DNA of 64,000 bases from Opitutaceae bacterium (GTDB taxonomy: Bacteria > Verrucomicrobiota > Verrucomicrobiia > Opitutales > Opitutaceae). Shown piece by piece: positions 36,548 through 45,911 of this stretch. Under the pieces are notes generated by a model. That model saw nothing but the letters and a program-made list of their open reading frames with translations. It was not told the DNA's origin and made no database searches. Location: assembly GCA_035334485.1 (NCBI GenBank), contig DAOQKI010000002.1, forward strand, positions 7,511-71,510, read 5' to 3'. A program made the position numbers and the translations under genes. Within the stretch, counting starts at the first letter, position 1, and each line of letters begins with the position of its first letter.

Positions 36548-37363
36548 ATGAAACTCACCTCGACCCAGATCGACCAGTTCCGGCGCAAGGGCTACGTGGC
36601 CGTGCCCGGCTTCTTCAACGCGCAGGAGACCGCGGCCCTGCAGGCCGACATCGCCCGCCTCAAGCGCAACGGCTTTCTGCGCAACGTCGCGACGGACGGC
36701 GACGGCAAGACCCAATCGTCCACGAAGCAGAACCTGCAGCTCTGTCCTGCGAACTTCTACAGCACGCTGATCCGCGCCTTGCCCTTCGCGCCCAAGGTCG
36801 TCGACGCGGTCACGAAGCTGATCGGCGCGGATATCACCCTCCACCTTGATCAGATCTTCCTGAAGCCCGGCCGGAGCGGCATGGGCACCGCGTGGCACCA
36901 AGACAACGCGTACTTCCGGATCCCCAAGCCGCTCCGTGGAACCGCCATGTGGATCGCGGTCCACGACGCGACGGCGGCGAACGGGACGATCCGAGTGATT
37001 CCCGACGCCTGGGAAGAGCCCCTGCCCCACCAGCGCGACGGGAACAGCGACCACCATATCCGCTGTTTCCCGGACGAGGCGAAGGCGGAGACCGTGGAGC
37101 TGAAGGCCGGCGGCGTGGTGTTCTTCTGCTACGGCACTCCGCACGCGACGGGCGACAACCAGACCGACACCGAGCGGGCGGGACTGGCGTATCATTTCCT
37201 GTGCGAGGACCAGACCGACGACGCGTTCTATTCGTCCGGCCGGATCGGCAATCCCCGTCCCCGCCTCACCGGCTCACGCGCGACAGGCGGCTTGGAGGAG
37301 TACGGCAACGTCATCGCCGGCACTTGGGACGCCGAGGTGGCACGGGCGGTCGCGCCGCGGTAG
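36548..37363 (+). CDS. PhyH family Fe(II)/2-oxoglutarate oxygenase, copy 3
   Basis: 271 aa. MKLTSTQIDQFRRKGYVAVPGFF, TAWHQDNAYF, TPHATGDN. Confidence 0.85.
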   Translation: MKLTSTQIDQFRRKGYVAVPGFFNAQETAALQADIARLKRNGFLRNVATDGDGKTQSSTKQNLQLCPANFYSTLIRALPFAPKVVDAVTKLIGADITLHLDQIFLKPGRSGMGTAWHQDNAYFRIPKPLRGTAMWIAVHDATAANGTIRVIPDAWEEPLPHQRDGNSDHHIRCFPDEAKAETVELKAGGVVFFCYGTPHATGDNQTDTERAGLAYHFLCEDQTDDAFYSSGRIGNPRPRLTGSRATGGLEEYGNVIAGTWDAEVARAVAPR

Positions 37364-37380
37364 ACGCGCGGGACGCGCGA

Positions 37381-37482
37381 GTCGAAGGTCGCAGGTCGAA
37401 AGGCGCAGGTCGACAGCGCGGCTTTGCCGCGGGTTGGTTAAGTTGGGAGTCTCCCTTCGACCCAGGACATTCGACCTGAGAC
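37381..37482. repeat. inverted heptamer arrays GTCG(A/C)AG and complement (same unit family as 13218..13287)
   Basis: Left arm 37381-37414 is GTCGAAGGTCGCAGGTCGAAAGGCGCAGGTCGAC. Right arm 37453-37482 is CCCTTCGACCCAGGACATTCGACCTGAGAC. Confidence 0.85.
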
Positions 37483-37504
37483 ACGTGCGCGCTCCGCGCG
37501 CACG

Positions 37505-38350
37505 CTAGCTGCCTTCCTCGACCTTGATGTGGAGGCGGTCGGCGCAGGATTGGCAGATACCGTGGGTGATCTTTCCCTCGTTGTGGCGGACCAGGTATTC
37601 GGTGACCTCGTGCCAGTAACCCTCGTCGTCACGGACCTTCCGGCACCAGGCGCAGATGGGCAGCAGCCCGGACAGCGTCGTGAGCTCGACACGGGAGGCG
37701 GCCAGCTCGTCGCCGCGGTTCTTCAGCACGGCGATCAGGACAGCGACAAAGAGCGCCACATCGAACACGACGGCGTCGGCGTAGTCGACATAGGTCAGCA
37801 GCGCGGGCTCCCGCGAGGTCGGCCCGAGTCCAAGGATGCCGTAACCCGCCACCCGCAGGAACAGGTAGATGGCCTGCACGAGGAAGATGCCCGCCGGGGA
37901 AATCAGGGAGTCGGCGAGGTGATTCCGGGTCCGGCGGAGGTAGAAAAAACCGGCGAGGCAGAAGCCGCCCCAGATGACGCGGCTGAGGATCACGCGGGCC
38001 ACGTTGCTGGGATGCGACGGCCCGAAGACCACCAGCGCGAGCCCGTAGGCGACGACGACCGAAGCGACGATCAGCACCTGCGGACGCCGGCCAGCGGCGC
38101 GCTGCGCGCCGAGGAACAGCACGCCGTACGCGACGGTCACCATCAGCCGCGAGACAAACCGGGCGTCCGGCGAGTACCAGAGCGCGCTGTAGACAAAGAG
38201 GAAGTCCGTGAACGCAAACAGCCAGGCCCCCAGGGCCCAGAACCCAAAGTCCGGCGACCGCTGGCTGGTCCACCACAGGTACGTGAGCTGCAGCGCCAGC
38301 ATGATCGCCGTGAAACCCGCGGTGAGGAAAAACGAGGTTTCAGCGTTCAT
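37505..38350 (-). CDS. 7-TM membrane protein with C-terminal CxxC...HxxCxxC putative zinc-binding module
   Basis: 281 aa, ATG at 38350-38348. Seven hydrophobic segments, then LPICAWCRKVRDDEGYWHEVTEYLVRHNEGKITHGICQSCADRL. Confidence 0.75.
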   Translation of the reverse strand: MNAETSFFLTAGFTAIMLALQLTYLWWTSQRSPDFGFWALGAWLFAFTDFLFVYSALWYSPDARFVSRLMVTVAYGVLFLGAQRAAGRRPQVLIVASVVVAYGLALVVFGPSHPSNVARVILSRVIWGGFCLAGFFYLRRTRNHLADSLISPAGIFLVQAIYLFLRVAGYGILGLGPTSREPALLTYVDYADAVVFDVALFVAVLIAVLKNRGDELAASRVELTTLSGLLPICAWCRKVRDDEGYWHEVTEYLVRHNEGKITHGICQSCADRLHIKVEEGS

Positions 38351-38564
38351 CAGTGGGGCGACAGGGCGGACGAAATGAAAAGCGGTCGCCGGGGTCGGTG
38401 CAATGCCAAGTCGCTGACTGCCATCGTGTCCGTGGTCCCGCTGTTTAGGGCCTTGATCGCCGACCGCAGCAGCGCCTCGTCGTGGTCATTCCGGCGAGGG
38501 ACGACGCTAACTGGGCTGGAGCCCGCGGGTGCAGGCCCTTCGAGGCCCAACCGGGCGACCGGGC

Positions 38565-39647
38565 CTAGATGATCTCGCGGTAGTCGCGGTCGGGCAGCGG
38601 CTCGAGCGGGGCGCCGGGGAGGGTCTGGTACCAGTAGGCGACCGAGGCGATGTCGTCCTGCAGCGCGAGGTAGCGCTTGTGCGGGAAGTCGCGGTCGAGG
38701 TCCCGCCAGCCGAGCGCCTGCATCGTCACGCGGAGGTCCTTCTTGAAGAACACCGGGTCGTGCACGTGGAAACGGTAGAGCGTCATGCGGGCTCCCACCT
38801 GCATCGACTTGCCCACGACGTGCTGGAAGCCGAAGTACGGCGAGGAAAAGTTGTTCTCGTCGAAGCCCCACGCGCCGCCGAAGTAGTCCTCCGTGCCGGT
38901 GCCGCAGATCGTCGGCCACTCCTTGTCCCCGTCGAGGTACATCTTGATCTCGCCCTCGCCCCACCAGCCGGCGCTGTTCTGCTGCCAGCTCATGAAGGTG
39001 CCGACGTACTGGCCGTGGCCCTTCACGCCCTGGAGGATCGTGTAGACCTCCTTGTACGGCACGGGATTCGTCCGGCGGAACTGCGCGTGGAAATACAGCG
39101 CGTCCGCCGGCACCGGCTCGAGGGTGAAGTTGATGGTGTAGAAGAAGTGGGTCAGGTCCTGGGCCATCGTGTTCTCCACCGTGATCCGCACGTGCTTCCG
39201 GAACGGCATCGGGAAAAAGCAGTTCATCCCGCCCTTCGGGTTCACGTTGATCGGCTGCGCCGTGATGTTCTGGTCCTTGCTCCACGACTGGCACATGAAG
39301 TCGCCGATCGGACACTCGACCGACGGGTGCTTCTGGCCGTCCCAGTAGATGCGGAGGATCGTCTGCCGCCGGAACCGCATGTCGAAGGTGATCCAGATGT
39401 GACGGAGGAAGCCCGGGCCCTCGTGGTCCATGATCGTGATGGTCTCGCCCGCCTTGATCGGACGGCAGGGCGAGCACTTCCAGCCCCGGCCCAGGTCGCG
39501 GGCCTGATTCCACGCCGCCGGCTCGAGCGTCGTCTTCGGCGTCGCGGAGCCGCCGACGCCCTTCTTGCCGTCGGGATTCTCCGCCGAGATCGAGCGGGAC
39601 TCGGCCTGACGCTTTTGGAAGAGGTTCGAGAGATCGATGGAGTTCAT
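38565..39647 (-). CDS. cytoplasmic DUF2961 / GH172-like protein
   Basis: ATG at 39647-39645 (MNSIDLSNLF...), 360 aa, with no signal peptide. Blocks RHIWITF, LRIYWDGQ, PIGDFM, NCFFPMPF, GEGEIKMYLDGD, GTGTEDYFGGAWGF, RFHVHDP, ASVAYWYQ. Confidence 0.85.
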   Translation of the reverse strand: MNSIDLSNLFQKRQAESRSISAENPDGKKGVGGSATPKTTLEPAAWNQARDLGRGWKCSPCRPIKAGETITIMDHEGPGFLRHIWITFDMRFRRQTILRIYWDGQKHPSVECPIGDFMCQSWSKDQNITAQPINVNPKGGMNCFFPMPFRKHVRITVENTMAQDLTHFFYTINFTLEPVPADALYFHAQFRRTNPVPYKEVYTILQGVKGHGQYVGTFMSWQQNSAGWWGEGEIKMYLDGDKEWPTICGTGTEDYFGGAWGFDENNFSSPYFGFQHVVGKSMQVGARMTLYRFHVHDPVFFKKDLRVTMQALGWRDLDRDFPHKRYLALQDDIASVAYWYQTLPGAPLEPLPDRDYREII

Positions 39648-39740
39648 GCGGGGTTCGGAGTTCGGGTTTGCGGAAGGTGACCGGGGACAGGTGGCGATGC
39701 GAATCGTTTTTGGCGGTCCACCCACTCATCAGAGTGTTCT

Positions 39741-39835
39741 TTCACCACGAAGCGCGCGAAGCACACGAAGCCAAGTCATCGACTGACCTAGTCCAAACAC
39801 GAGCCTTGGTGCCCTTCGTGTCCTTCGTGGTTAAC
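39741..39835. repeat. CACGAAG element, copy A3 (short form: outer arms only)
   Basis: TTCACCACGAAGCGCGCGAAGCACACGAAG ...35 nt... CCTTGGTGCCCTTCGTGTCCTTCGTGGTTAACC. Confidence 0.85.
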
Positions 39836-39842
39836 CAAACCG

Positions 39843-40967
39843 TCAGGATCTCGCCTCGAAGGTGCCGTCGGCGTGCTTGGCGATGAGGCGTTTCAGCTCC
39901 AGCAGCATCAGGGCGGCCGCCAGTCGGTCCGGCGGGAGGCCGGTCGCAGTCGCGAGCGCATCGGCGTTCAGCATGGCGCCGCCGCGGAACTGCTCCCAGG
40001 CCGTCGCCTCGTCCGGGCTCAGGTCGCGCGGCTCGGCCGGCGCGGCGCCGGCCTTGGGTGGAATCGGCGCCGGACGCAGCCCCTCGAGATAGTTCAGCTC
40101 GGCCAGGATGTCGTCGACGCTGGTCAGGAGCGTCGCGCCGTCGCGGATCAGCTGGTGGCAGCCGGCGCTGGAGTTCTGGTCGATGCGGCCCGGCACGGCG
40201 AAGAGCAGCCGGCCCTGCTCGCCAGCAAAGCGCGCCGTGATCATGGCCCCGCCGCTGACGTCGGTCTCGACCACGATCGTGGCCTCGCACATGCCCGCGA
40301 CGACGCGGTTGCGCATCGGAAAGCTCTGCTTGTCGGCCCGCCGGCCGAAGGGAAACTCCGAGAGGACGGCTCCTGACGCCTCGATCTGCCGATAGAGGCC
40401 GAGGTTTTCCGGCGGGTAGATGATGTCGATGCCGCAGCCGAGGACCGCCGCGGTCTTGCCGCCGACGGACAGGGCTCCCTCGTGCGCCGCGGTGTCGATG
40501 CCGCGCGCCAATCCGCTGACCACACAGAACCCGAGCCGCGCGAGCTCGGCGCCCAGCCGGCGAGCGGTCGCCTGACCGTACAACGTCGCCCGCCGCGAGC
40601 CCACGATGGCGATGTTGGGCTGGGTGAATTCGTAGTGGCCCTTCCGGTAGAGTCCGATCGGCGGGTCGCTGATTTCCTTCAGGAGCTTCGGATAGGCGGC
40701 ATCCCGCGTGGTGATGAACGTGGCCCCGGCCTTCGCCATGCGCTCCTCCTCGCGGGCGAGGTCAAAGTGCTGGGTCCATTGCGCGATGGTCGCGCTGATC
40801 ACCGGACCAACGCCCTTCACCGACTCCAACCGGCGCGATCCGGCGGTGAACACGGCGCGCGGGTCGCCGCCAAGCTCGGCCAGCAGGCGATTGAGGGTGA
40901 TCGGCCCGATGTTCGGCAGCGCGTTCAGCACCAAGAACGCCTGCGACTCGGTCAGCTCACGGGTCAT
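39843..40967 (-). CDS. dprA: DNA-processing protein DprA (Smf)
   Basis: ATG at 40967-40965. LNALPNIGPITLNRLL, IAIVGSRRAT.YG, SGLARGID..AH.GAL, and a C-terminal winged-helix-like tail. Confidence 0.92.
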   Translation of the reverse strand: MTRELTESQAFLVLNALPNIGPITLNRLLAELGGDPRAVFTAGSRRLESVKGVGPVISATIAQWTQHFDLAREEERMAKAGATFITTRDAAYPKLLKEISDPPIGLYRKGHYEFTQPNIAIVGSRRATLYGQATARRLGAELARLGFCVVSGLARGIDTAAHEGALSVGGKTAAVLGCGIDIIYPPENLGLYRQIEASGAVLSEFPFGRRADKQSFPMRNRVVAGMCEATIVVETDVSGGAMITARFAGEQGRLLFAVPGRIDQNSSAGCHQLIRDGATLLTSVDDILAELNYLEGLRPAPIPPKAGAAPAEPRDLSPDEATAWEQFRGGAMLNADALATATGLPPDRLAAALMLLELKRLIAKHADGTFEARS

Positions 40968-42441
40968 GCCGCGACTCTCGCAGCGCCGCGGCCAAAAAGT
41001 CGAGCAGCTGTGTCGTCTGCACTGCCGTCTGGCCAAGATTGCGGGCCAGCAAATCAGCTGCGCTTCCGTGCCACACCGCGCCGCGCGCCGCCGCCAACAG
41101 GGGATCGTCCGGGGTTTGCGCCAGAAGACCGCCGATCAGGCCGGCGAGCAGGTCGCCGCTGCCGCCGCGCGCGAGCACCGGGCCGCCGTGGAAGCTGTGG
41201 TAGACCGCCTCGCCATCGCTGATGCGTGTGACCGGTCCCTTGAGCACCACCGTCGCCTTTCGACGGCGCGCATACTCGCGCAATTCGTAACCGTCGCAGA
41301 TCCGGGCGAATTCGCCGGCATGAGGCGTGAGCACCAGCGGCCCCTTGGCGGCCTTGATCAATTCGGGTTGGAGAGCGTCGGCGTCGAGCAGCGTCGGCAG
41401 CCGCACCGAGCCCAGCACGTCAGCCACCAGCGCGAAGGTCTCGGCTTCGCGTCCCAGTCCCGGCCCGATCACCAACGCCTGGGCCCGTCCCAGCCGCGCC
41501 TGCAGCAGGGCCCGTCCTTCCAAGGCGAGCCCGCCGTCGGGCGTCTCAGGCCAGCCGACCCACATCGCTTCCGGCGCGCGGGCGGCAAACGCCGGCGCAA
41601 GCGACTCGGGCACAAAGGCGGTCACGAGCCCCGCCCCACCCCGCAACGCGGCGAGCACGGTCATCAGCACGGCGCCGGGATAGCTGCGGGAACCGCCCAG
41701 CACGAGGACGTGGCCGAGCCGGCGCTTGTCGACCTCTGCAGGCCGCAGTCCGGCCAGCGGCGCGAGCAGGCCGGGGGCGATCACCCGGTCGCGGCCCTTT
41801 TCGGTGCCGGAGAAAAACCCAAGGTCGAGATACCGGAGACGCCCGGCGCGGTCGCCGGTGAAGAGCGGTTCCTTCACGCTGCCCGTGGCGTAGGTGAAGT
41901 CGGCGCGGAACAGCCCGGCACTCGGCAGGTCGACCGCGGCGCGCAGGCGGACCGGGAGCTCATTTGCGCGATCGAGGAGCACGGCGACCTCGGGGCCGAC
42001 CGGAGGTCGGAACTGGAAGCCGAACACCCCGTCGAGACACAGCTCATAGCTCCCACTGAGCACGTGGCCGGGCGGCAACACCGCGAGCCGGGGACCGGCG
42101 GCCTGCGCGAGTTCGCGGTACGCCCGAAGCGCGAGCGGACGGAGCGCGCGCTCGCCGAACGCGAAACGCACGTGAAAGCTGGCGTGCGGGAAACGGCCGG
42201 CGAGGTCGGCCGCGGCGAGCAGCGCGTCGCCGCCATTGTGACCCTTGCCGACGAGCACCAGCACGCGGCCCGAGGGCGCAAACCCACCGATCTCGCGGAA
42301 ATCCTCCAGCAGGGCGACCGCAACGGCGCGACCCGCCTGCTGCATCGCGGGCCATTCGCGGGCTTCGTCGCCGCCGAACCGCTTCGCCTCAAGCCGGCCG
42401 GCCGCCTCGCACGACAGGATCGGGTGACTGGGCAGGCTCAT
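40957..42441 (-). CDS. nnr: bifunctional NAD(P)H-hydrate repair enzyme (epimerase + ADP-dependent dehydratase)
   Basis: 494 aa. YjeF_N block VLVLVGKGHNGGDALLAA and carbohydrate-kinase block VLKG..T.I..G...........A.GGSGD.L.G.I..LLAQ. It overlaps the dprA start by 11 nt. Confidence 0.9.
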   Translation of the reverse strand: MSLPSHPILSCEAAGRLEAKRFGGDEAREWPAMQQAGRAVAVALLEDFREIGGFAPSGRVLVLVGKGHNGGDALLAAADLAGRFPHASFHVRFAFGERALRPLALRAYRELAQAAGPRLAVLPPGHVLSGSYELCLDGVFGFQFRPPVGPEVAVLLDRANELPVRLRAAVDLPSAGLFRADFTYATGSVKEPLFTGDRAGRLRYLDLGFFSGTEKGRDRVIAPGLLAPLAGLRPAEVDKRRLGHVLVLGGSRSYPGAVLMTVLAALRGGAGLVTAFVPESLAPAFAARAPEAMWVGWPETPDGGLALEGRALLQARLGRAQALVIGPGLGREAETFALVADVLGSVRLPTLLDADALQPELIKAAKGPLVLTPHAGEFARICDGYELREYARRRKATVVLKGPVTRISDGEAVYHSFHGGPVLARGGSGDLLAGLIGGLLAQTPDDPLLAAARGAVWHGSAADLLARNLGQTAVQTTQLLDFLAAALRESRHDP

Positions 42442-42454
42442 GGCAGGAAAGACG

Positions 42455-42895
42455 TTACTGGGGCGTGCCGCCCGTCAGCCACTCGCGGCGCTGCTCCTCG
42501 GTCTCGGTGTACTGCAGCGGGGAGTTCTTGGGCACGCCGTGATTTAGGATCGGGCGGGTCAGTCGCGGGATCGAGCGGAAGTAGAACCCGTCGCCGACGC
42601 GCATGACCTCGTAACAGACGGAATAGGTCTTCTTCTCCACGTCCCAAAGCGCGACCTCGGTGAGATCGTGGTCCCACGCGGCGTGTTTGCCCCAGTCGGC
42701 GAAGACGGCCTCGATGTCGCTCATCTTCGGCCGGTCGAGCACGACATGCTGCGTCGGCGGCTCCGGCCGGACGGGCGGAACCGGCCGGGGCAGCGCCCAC
42801 ACGAACAGCGCGCCGATCACGAAGCCCAGCAGGACCCATGACGGGGTCTTGGACAGGCGGGACGGCGACGGCGGCCGGTCGGGGGATTCGTCCAT
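42455..42895 (-). CDS. hypothetical single-pass membrane protein
   Basis: 146 aa, ATG at 42895-42893, one TM segment (WVLLGFVIGALFVWAL). Wedged between acpS and nnr with 7- and 13-nt gaps. Confidence 0.6.
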   Translation of the reverse strand: MDESPDRPPSPSRLSKTPSWVLLGFVIGALFVWALPRPVPPVRPEPPTQHVVLDRPKMSDIEAVFADWGKHAAWDHDLTEVALWDVEKKTYSVCYEVMRVGDGFYFRSIPRLTRPILNHGVPKNSPLQYTETEEQRREWLTGGTPQ

Positions 42896-42902
42896 GGGAA
42901 CC

Positions 42903-43310
42903 TCAAGCCCGCACGAGGGCGGCGACCGCCATGGCGTGGGTCTCGGTGTGGGAGAGCGTGAGCAGCACGTGGGTGGCGCCGACCTGACGCAGCAGCGCCT
43001 GGCCCTTTTCGTCGAGTCGGACGAGCGGCTCGTGGCGCGATCCGTGGTAGACCGACACGGAACGCCAGCCGAGCTCAGCGCCGATACCGGTGGTGAAACA
43101 CTTGGAGACCGCCTCCTTGGCGGCGAAGCGGGCGGCGTAGTGCTTGTGGGGATGGGCCATGCCGCCGCAGTAGGCGCGTTCCTCCTCGGAAAACACCCGC
43201 TCGAGGAAACGCGCTCCCTGTCGTTCCAGCACGCCCCGCACCCGCTCGACCTCGATCAGGTCGGCGCCAAGGGCGACGAGGATACCGCCGGGAGGGAGGG
43301 AGAGGTCCAT
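42903..43310 (-). CDS. acpS: holo-[acyl-carrier-protein] synthase
   Basis: 135 aa. LGADLIEVERV, FSEEE, ARFAAKEAVSKC, SLSHT..HA.A. Confidence 0.92.
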   Translation of the reverse strand: MDLSLPPGGILVALGADLIEVERVRGVLERQGARFLERVFSEEERAYCGGMAHPHKHYAARFAAKEAVSKCFTTGIGAELGWRSVSVYHGSRHEPLVRLDEKGQALLRQVGATHVLLTLSHTETHAMAVAALVRA

Positions 43311-43320
43311 GGGGTCGGAA

Positions 43321-43352
43321 GTAGCGAGTAGCGCGTAGCGGGTAGTGAGTAG
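43321..43352. repeat. single arm of the GTAGCG(A/C/G) heptamer array (near-identical to 33665..33692)
   Basis: GTAGCGAGTAGCGCGTAGCGGGTAGTGAGTAGG. Only a short complementary stub (GCTCGCTAC, about 43399-43407) remains, at the pdxJ 3' end. Confidence 0.8.
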
Positions 43353-43403
43353 GAAATCGGCGGGAAGAAGGAGGAAAAGTGCAGGGACGGTTTGAAATGC
43401 TCG

Positions 43404-44153
43404 CTACTGCCGCGGATTCATCCTCGCCTTCAGTTCGCGGACGGCTTCCTCGATGCCGGTGAAGAGGGCGCGGCTGATGATGCTGTGGCCGATGTTGAGC
43501 TCGTGGAGATGCGGCAGGGTCCGGATCTCGGCGATGTTGACGTAGTTGATGCCGTGGCCGGCGTTGACAGTGAGACCCAACTCGTGGGCCCGCACGCAGC
43601 CGAGCCTGAGGGCGTTGAATTCCTTGGTCCGGGCCGGCGTGTAATAGGCGTTGGCGTAGGCGCCGGTGTGCAGCTCGACGATCGGCGCGCGCAGCTTGGC
43701 AGCCAGGTCGATCTGCGCCTCTTCGGGGTCGATGAAGAGGCTCGTCTGGATGCCGGCGTCGGTCATCGCGTCAATCACCGCCTTCACCCGGGCGCGCTGC
43801 CCCACCACGTCGAGCCCGCCCTCGGTGGAGACCTCCTGGCGGTTCTCCGGCACGAGGCAGACGGTGGCGGGCTTCAGCTTCAGGGCGAACGCCGTCATCT
43901 CGGGCGTGCAAGCCATCTCAAGGTTGAGCCGGGTCGAGATGCTCTCGCGCAGGCGCCAGACATCGCGCTCCTGGATGTGGCGGCGGTCCTCGCGCAGGTG
44001 GACCGTGATGCCATCGGCTCCCGCCCGCTCGCCGAGCAGGGCAAGGGTGACCGGATCTGGCTCGACCGCGCCCCCGACGGTGGCGGGCGCTTCACGGTAG
44101 CGCGCCTGCCGGACCGTGGCGCAATGGTCAATGTTGAGGCCGAGCAGAATCAT
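43404..44153 (-). CDS. pdxJ: pyridoxine 5'-phosphate synthase
   Basis: Track ORF is 43404..44972; ATG at 44153-44151 (MILLGLNIDHCATVRQAR), 249 aa. HLREDRRHI, NLEMA, VCLVPE, ELHTG.YA, NAGHG.NY, LNIGHSII. Confidence 0.95.
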   Translation of the reverse strand: MILLGLNIDHCATVRQARYREAPATVGGAVEPDPVTLALLGERAGADGITVHLREDRRHIQERDVWRLRESISTRLNLEMACTPEMTAFALKLKPATVCLVPENRQEVSTEGGLDVVGQRARVKAVIDAMTDAGIQTSLFIDPEEAQIDLAAKLRAPIVELHTGAYANAYYTPARTKEFNALRLGCVRAHELGLTVNAGHGINYVNIAEIRTLPHLHELNIGHSIISRALFTGIEEAVRELKARMNPRQ

Positions 44154-44207
44154 GGGACGGAGGTTTGACGCGATTAAGCGACCTGTGAATCTGCAAGGCA
44201 AAGCGAA

Positions 44208-44963
44208 ATGACCCCGCCGACCGAGCCGAAGCCCGCCCCACCCGCTGCCCCGAAGCAGGAGAACCTGCTGGTCAGCATCATCTGCAACATCGTGATCCCA
44301 GCGGTGGTGCTTGGGAACCTGAGCGGACCGAACCGTCTCGGCACCGCGGGCGGGCTGATCGTGGCGCTGATTTTCCCGGTGGGTTACGGCCTCCACGACT
44401 TCTACCGGCGCCGCAAGGCCAACTTCATCTCCGTGATCAGCTTTGTCGGCGTGCTGCTCACCGGCGGCCTGGGCCTGCTCAAGCTCGGCGGCTTCTGGTT
44501 CGCCGTGAAGGATGCGGCGGTGTCCTCGGTCATCGGCATCGCCGTGCTGGCGTCGGTCCGCGCCCGGGAACCGCTCGTGAAGACCCTGTTCTGCAACGAG
44601 ACGGTCATGGACCTGCCGCGCGTGGAGGGGGCGCTGCGCGACCGGGGCACCGAGGCGGCGTTCCAAGGGCTGCTGCGGCGCTGCACCCTGATCGTGGCGT
44701 CGGCGTTCTTTGTGAGCGCGGTGCTCGGTTACTCGCTGGCGCGTTACCTCCTGCGCAGCCCGGCCGGCACCGAGGCGTTCAATGCCGAGCTGGCGAAGAT
44801 GCACTGGCTCAGCTGGCCGGTGATCGTCGTTCCCTGCATGGTGCTGATGATGGTCGCGCTGTGGCGGCTGGTGGTGGGGCTCAAGAGCCTGACCGGCCTG
44901 ACGACCGACGAGATTTTCAAGTCCGAGCCGGCCAAGGCGGAGACCGGGAAGCCGGAGTCCTGA
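44208..44963 (+). CDS. conserved multi-pass inner-membrane protein, function unknown
   Basis: 251 aa with about 6 hydrophobic segments and Pro/Lys-rich termini. No catalytic motif recognised. Confidence 0.65.
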   Translation: MTPPTEPKPAPPAAPKQENLLVSIICNIVIPAVVLGNLSGPNRLGTAGGLIVALIFPVGYGLHDFYRRRKANFISVISFVGVLLTGGLGLLKLGGFWFAVKDAAVSSVIGIAVLASVRAREPLVKTLFCNETVMDLPRVEGALRDRGTEAAFQGLLRRCTLIVASAFFVSAVLGYSLARYLLRSPAGTEAFNAELAKMHWLSWPVIVVPCMVLMMVALWRLVVGLKSLTGLTTDEIFKSEPAKAETGKPES

Positions 44964-45015
44964 GCCGCGCACTTCCCCCTCGCGTTAGGGCGCCGCGGCA
45001 CGCTAGGCGTGGGGG

Positions 45016-45537
45016 ATGCCTTCCGCACCGACCACGGACCAACGACCCAAGCGCGGCCAGCCCTGCCCCTGCGGCACGGGCCAGCTCTTCGAAGCGTGCT
45101 GCGAGCCCATCCTCGCGGGCCAGCAACAACCGGCGACGGCGGAGCAGCTGATGCGGGCGCGTTTCACGGCGCACGTGGCGCATGATTTCAAGTTCCTGCA
45201 CGAGTCCTACCGTCCGACCGCGGGCACGCCCTTCATGCCGGAGGAAGGCACGCCGTCGGTGACCTGGACCAAGCTCGAGGTGCACGCGCACGAGCTGACC
45301 GAAAACCCGGACAAGGCGTACGTGGACTTCTCAGCCTACGGCACGGAGGACGGGGTCGAGAAGGTGCTGCACGAGAAGGCCGAATTCCAGCGCGTGAACG
45401 GCCGATGGCTCTACACCCGCGAAGCCCGGCTCGGGCCCGCCCCGTACCGTTCGGCTGCACCCAAGGTTGGCCGCAACGACCCCTGCCCGTGCGGCAGCGG
45501 CAAGAAGTACAAGCACTGCTGCTGGGGCAAGAAGTGA
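45016..45537 (+). CDS. YchJ-family (UPF0225) protein with N- and C-terminal SEC-C zinc motifs
   Basis: 173 aa. N-terminal [13 protein letters not shown], central NTF2-like region [11 protein letters not shown]-terminal [18 protein letters not shown]. Confidence 0.85.
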   Translation: MPSAPTTDQRPKRGQPCPCGTGQLFEACCEPILAGQQQPATAEQLMRARFTAHVAHDFKFLHESYRPTAGTPFMPEEGTPSVTWTKLEVHAHELTENPDKAYVDFSAYGTEDGVEKVLHEKAEFQRVNGRWLYTREARLGPAPYRSAAPKVGRNDPCPCGSGKKYKHCCWGKK

Positions 45538-45538
45538 C

Positions 45539-45742
45539 CTACGGGTGGTCGGGCGTCTGGCGCCGCGGGTCGGTTTCGACCTGCCGGCGCAGCGCGGCCA
45601 TGTTGTCGACGAGATTGGGATAGCGACGCCCCGCCGTCTTCGCCCTAGCCTGAGCCCAGGCGATGCTCTCAGCCGAGAGCTTGGCGCCGGTGCCGGTCTT
45701 GGGGCGCGGCTTTTTCCACGGCGGAGTGCGATGGCTGGGCAT
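45539..45742 (-). CDS. small basic hypothetical protein (possibly DUF5872-like; unverified)
   Basis: 67 aa from the ATG at 45742-45740: MPSHRTPPWKKPRPKTGTGAKLSAESIAWAQARAKTAGRRYPNLVDNMAALR... The GR.YPNLVDNM block is one I recall from small conserved proteins. Weak call. Confidence 0.35.
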   Translation of the reverse strand: MPSHRTPPWKKPRPKTGTGAKLSAESIAWAQARAKTAGRRYPNLVDNMAALRRQVETDPRRQTPDHP

Positions 45743-45911
45743 GGGGTGATTCGACCAAGCGTCGGGAGTCCGGGGCAATGCCAGACTGCGCCCGGCGCTT
45801 CTGACTTCTGCCGGACGCTTCTTCCGCCTAACCCCGGGAACCCATGGCAGGGTAGAACTTGATCGAGGCGCGCCGCGCTGGCCGGAGGAGTACGCGGCCA
45901 AGCCGGCGCGG

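Noticed and set aside
38351-38564. 214-bp gap between the 7TM gene and the cytoplasmic GH172-like gene, examined for a tRNA, ncRNA or heptamer element
   Set aside because: I could see no cloverleaf, no tandem or inverted arrays and no strong hairpin, only a weak GGCCC...GGGCC pairing near 38531-38556. Nothing can be supported without a covariance-model search.
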